Source: Paraphysomonas bandaiensis (taxonomy: Eukaryota; Protista; Chrysophyceae). From it: a DNA stretch of 64,000 nt. This document shows, piece by piece, positions 63,401 to 64,000 of this stretch. The DNA lies in assembly GCA_965644295.1 (NCBI GenBank), contig CBFFRP010000127.1:62001-126000 (forward strand), read 5' to 3'. Each line of letters begins with the position of its first letter. Position 1 is the first letter of the stretch. The translations under genes and the position numbers were made by a program. Below the pieces are notes generated by a model. That model did no database searches, was not told the origin of the DNA, and saw nothing but the letters and a program-made list of their open reading frames with translations.

Positions 63401-64000
63401 CGACAGTAATGGCGAGGTGCTACGGTCTACGGTTCCGGTTTCTCCACCTTCACGATTGGATGCCACTGTATTTAATAGCGGGGACTTGGATAATCTGAGA
63501 GATTTTGTCTGCCAAGTAGCCAATGTACCGATTCAATCATCGGGGCCCCATGCCATCCCTGAGGGTAAATCCCTTGAGCAGCTCGTGATTGACACATGGC
63601 TGCCTTACCTGGAATTTATATGTGCCCTTCGATTGATTATTACAAATCAACGCGAAGATGCTATGCCATATTCCGATGCACACCATCAATCTGATGGAAG
63701 CAGGTTGTTAGCAGCTATCCATAGGGCTGGCCTTGGCCACCTATTGGACCCTCAAACCAAAAAGTTATCGCTCGATTGGCCATTGATTAGCGACGCAGCT
63801 CGTCTGTGGGGAGAACAATATGCCAAATACTACGAACACTTGCTAACCGATCAGCCGTCTTCTGAAGTAGGTTATACTATGCGTCCACATATGCACTCTC
63901 GTGCACACAGTGTATCCAGTATAGGGGATGAATCCAGCACCAGTGGTATACATGAGGAAAGTAAATATGAGTTAGTTCAAGGAATTGTGGATGCATTGCA
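57469..64000 (+). CDS. UBR-box N-recognin E3 ligase (UBR1/PRT6 family), runs off the window
   Basis: UBR box CRECGNDATCVQCDDCF..H..H..GGCCDCGDHEAW; ClpS-like VRVHNDDIHTYDEV; LWRRNG; split RING CIIC..CGHALHLNCW..CPLCKSISNVALP. Confidence 0.93.

Overview
Gene-dense eukaryotic nuclear DNA with many short (about 40-100 nt) GT-AG introns, probably from a stramenopile/ochrophyte (inferred from the ubiquitin variant [14 protein letters not shown] and the gene content). About 23 protein genes can be modelled, several hidden from the ORF track by introns (Elongin C, a CCCH zinc finger protein, a tandem-PH protein). Recognisable genes include pelota, WDR43/UTP5, OSCA/TMEM63, a UBR-box E3 ligase, a cyclin, a GT34 glycosyltransferase and a RING-vWA protein. 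The strongest unexplained signal is an 8-copy family of non-coding retroposons, about 0.5 kb when full length. Three copies have 13-14 bp target-site duplications. The 5' ~80 nt looks like the HDV-like ribozyme (Pr77/79-bp signature) of Ingi-clade elements, making this a RIME/SIDER-like family. Every copy points its 3' end at a host gene 3' end, seven of them within about 200-600 bp of the stop codon. Other unusual items are a ubiquitin-thioredoxin fusion, a RING protein with four WH2-like/polyproline repeats built from 220-bp exon+intron duplications, and a single-chain four-pore TPK/K2P-like channel with EF-hands and non-GYG filters. MITEs, a hAT relic and two further degenerate repeat families are also present. 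All calls come from reading the sequence by eye; no searches were run.
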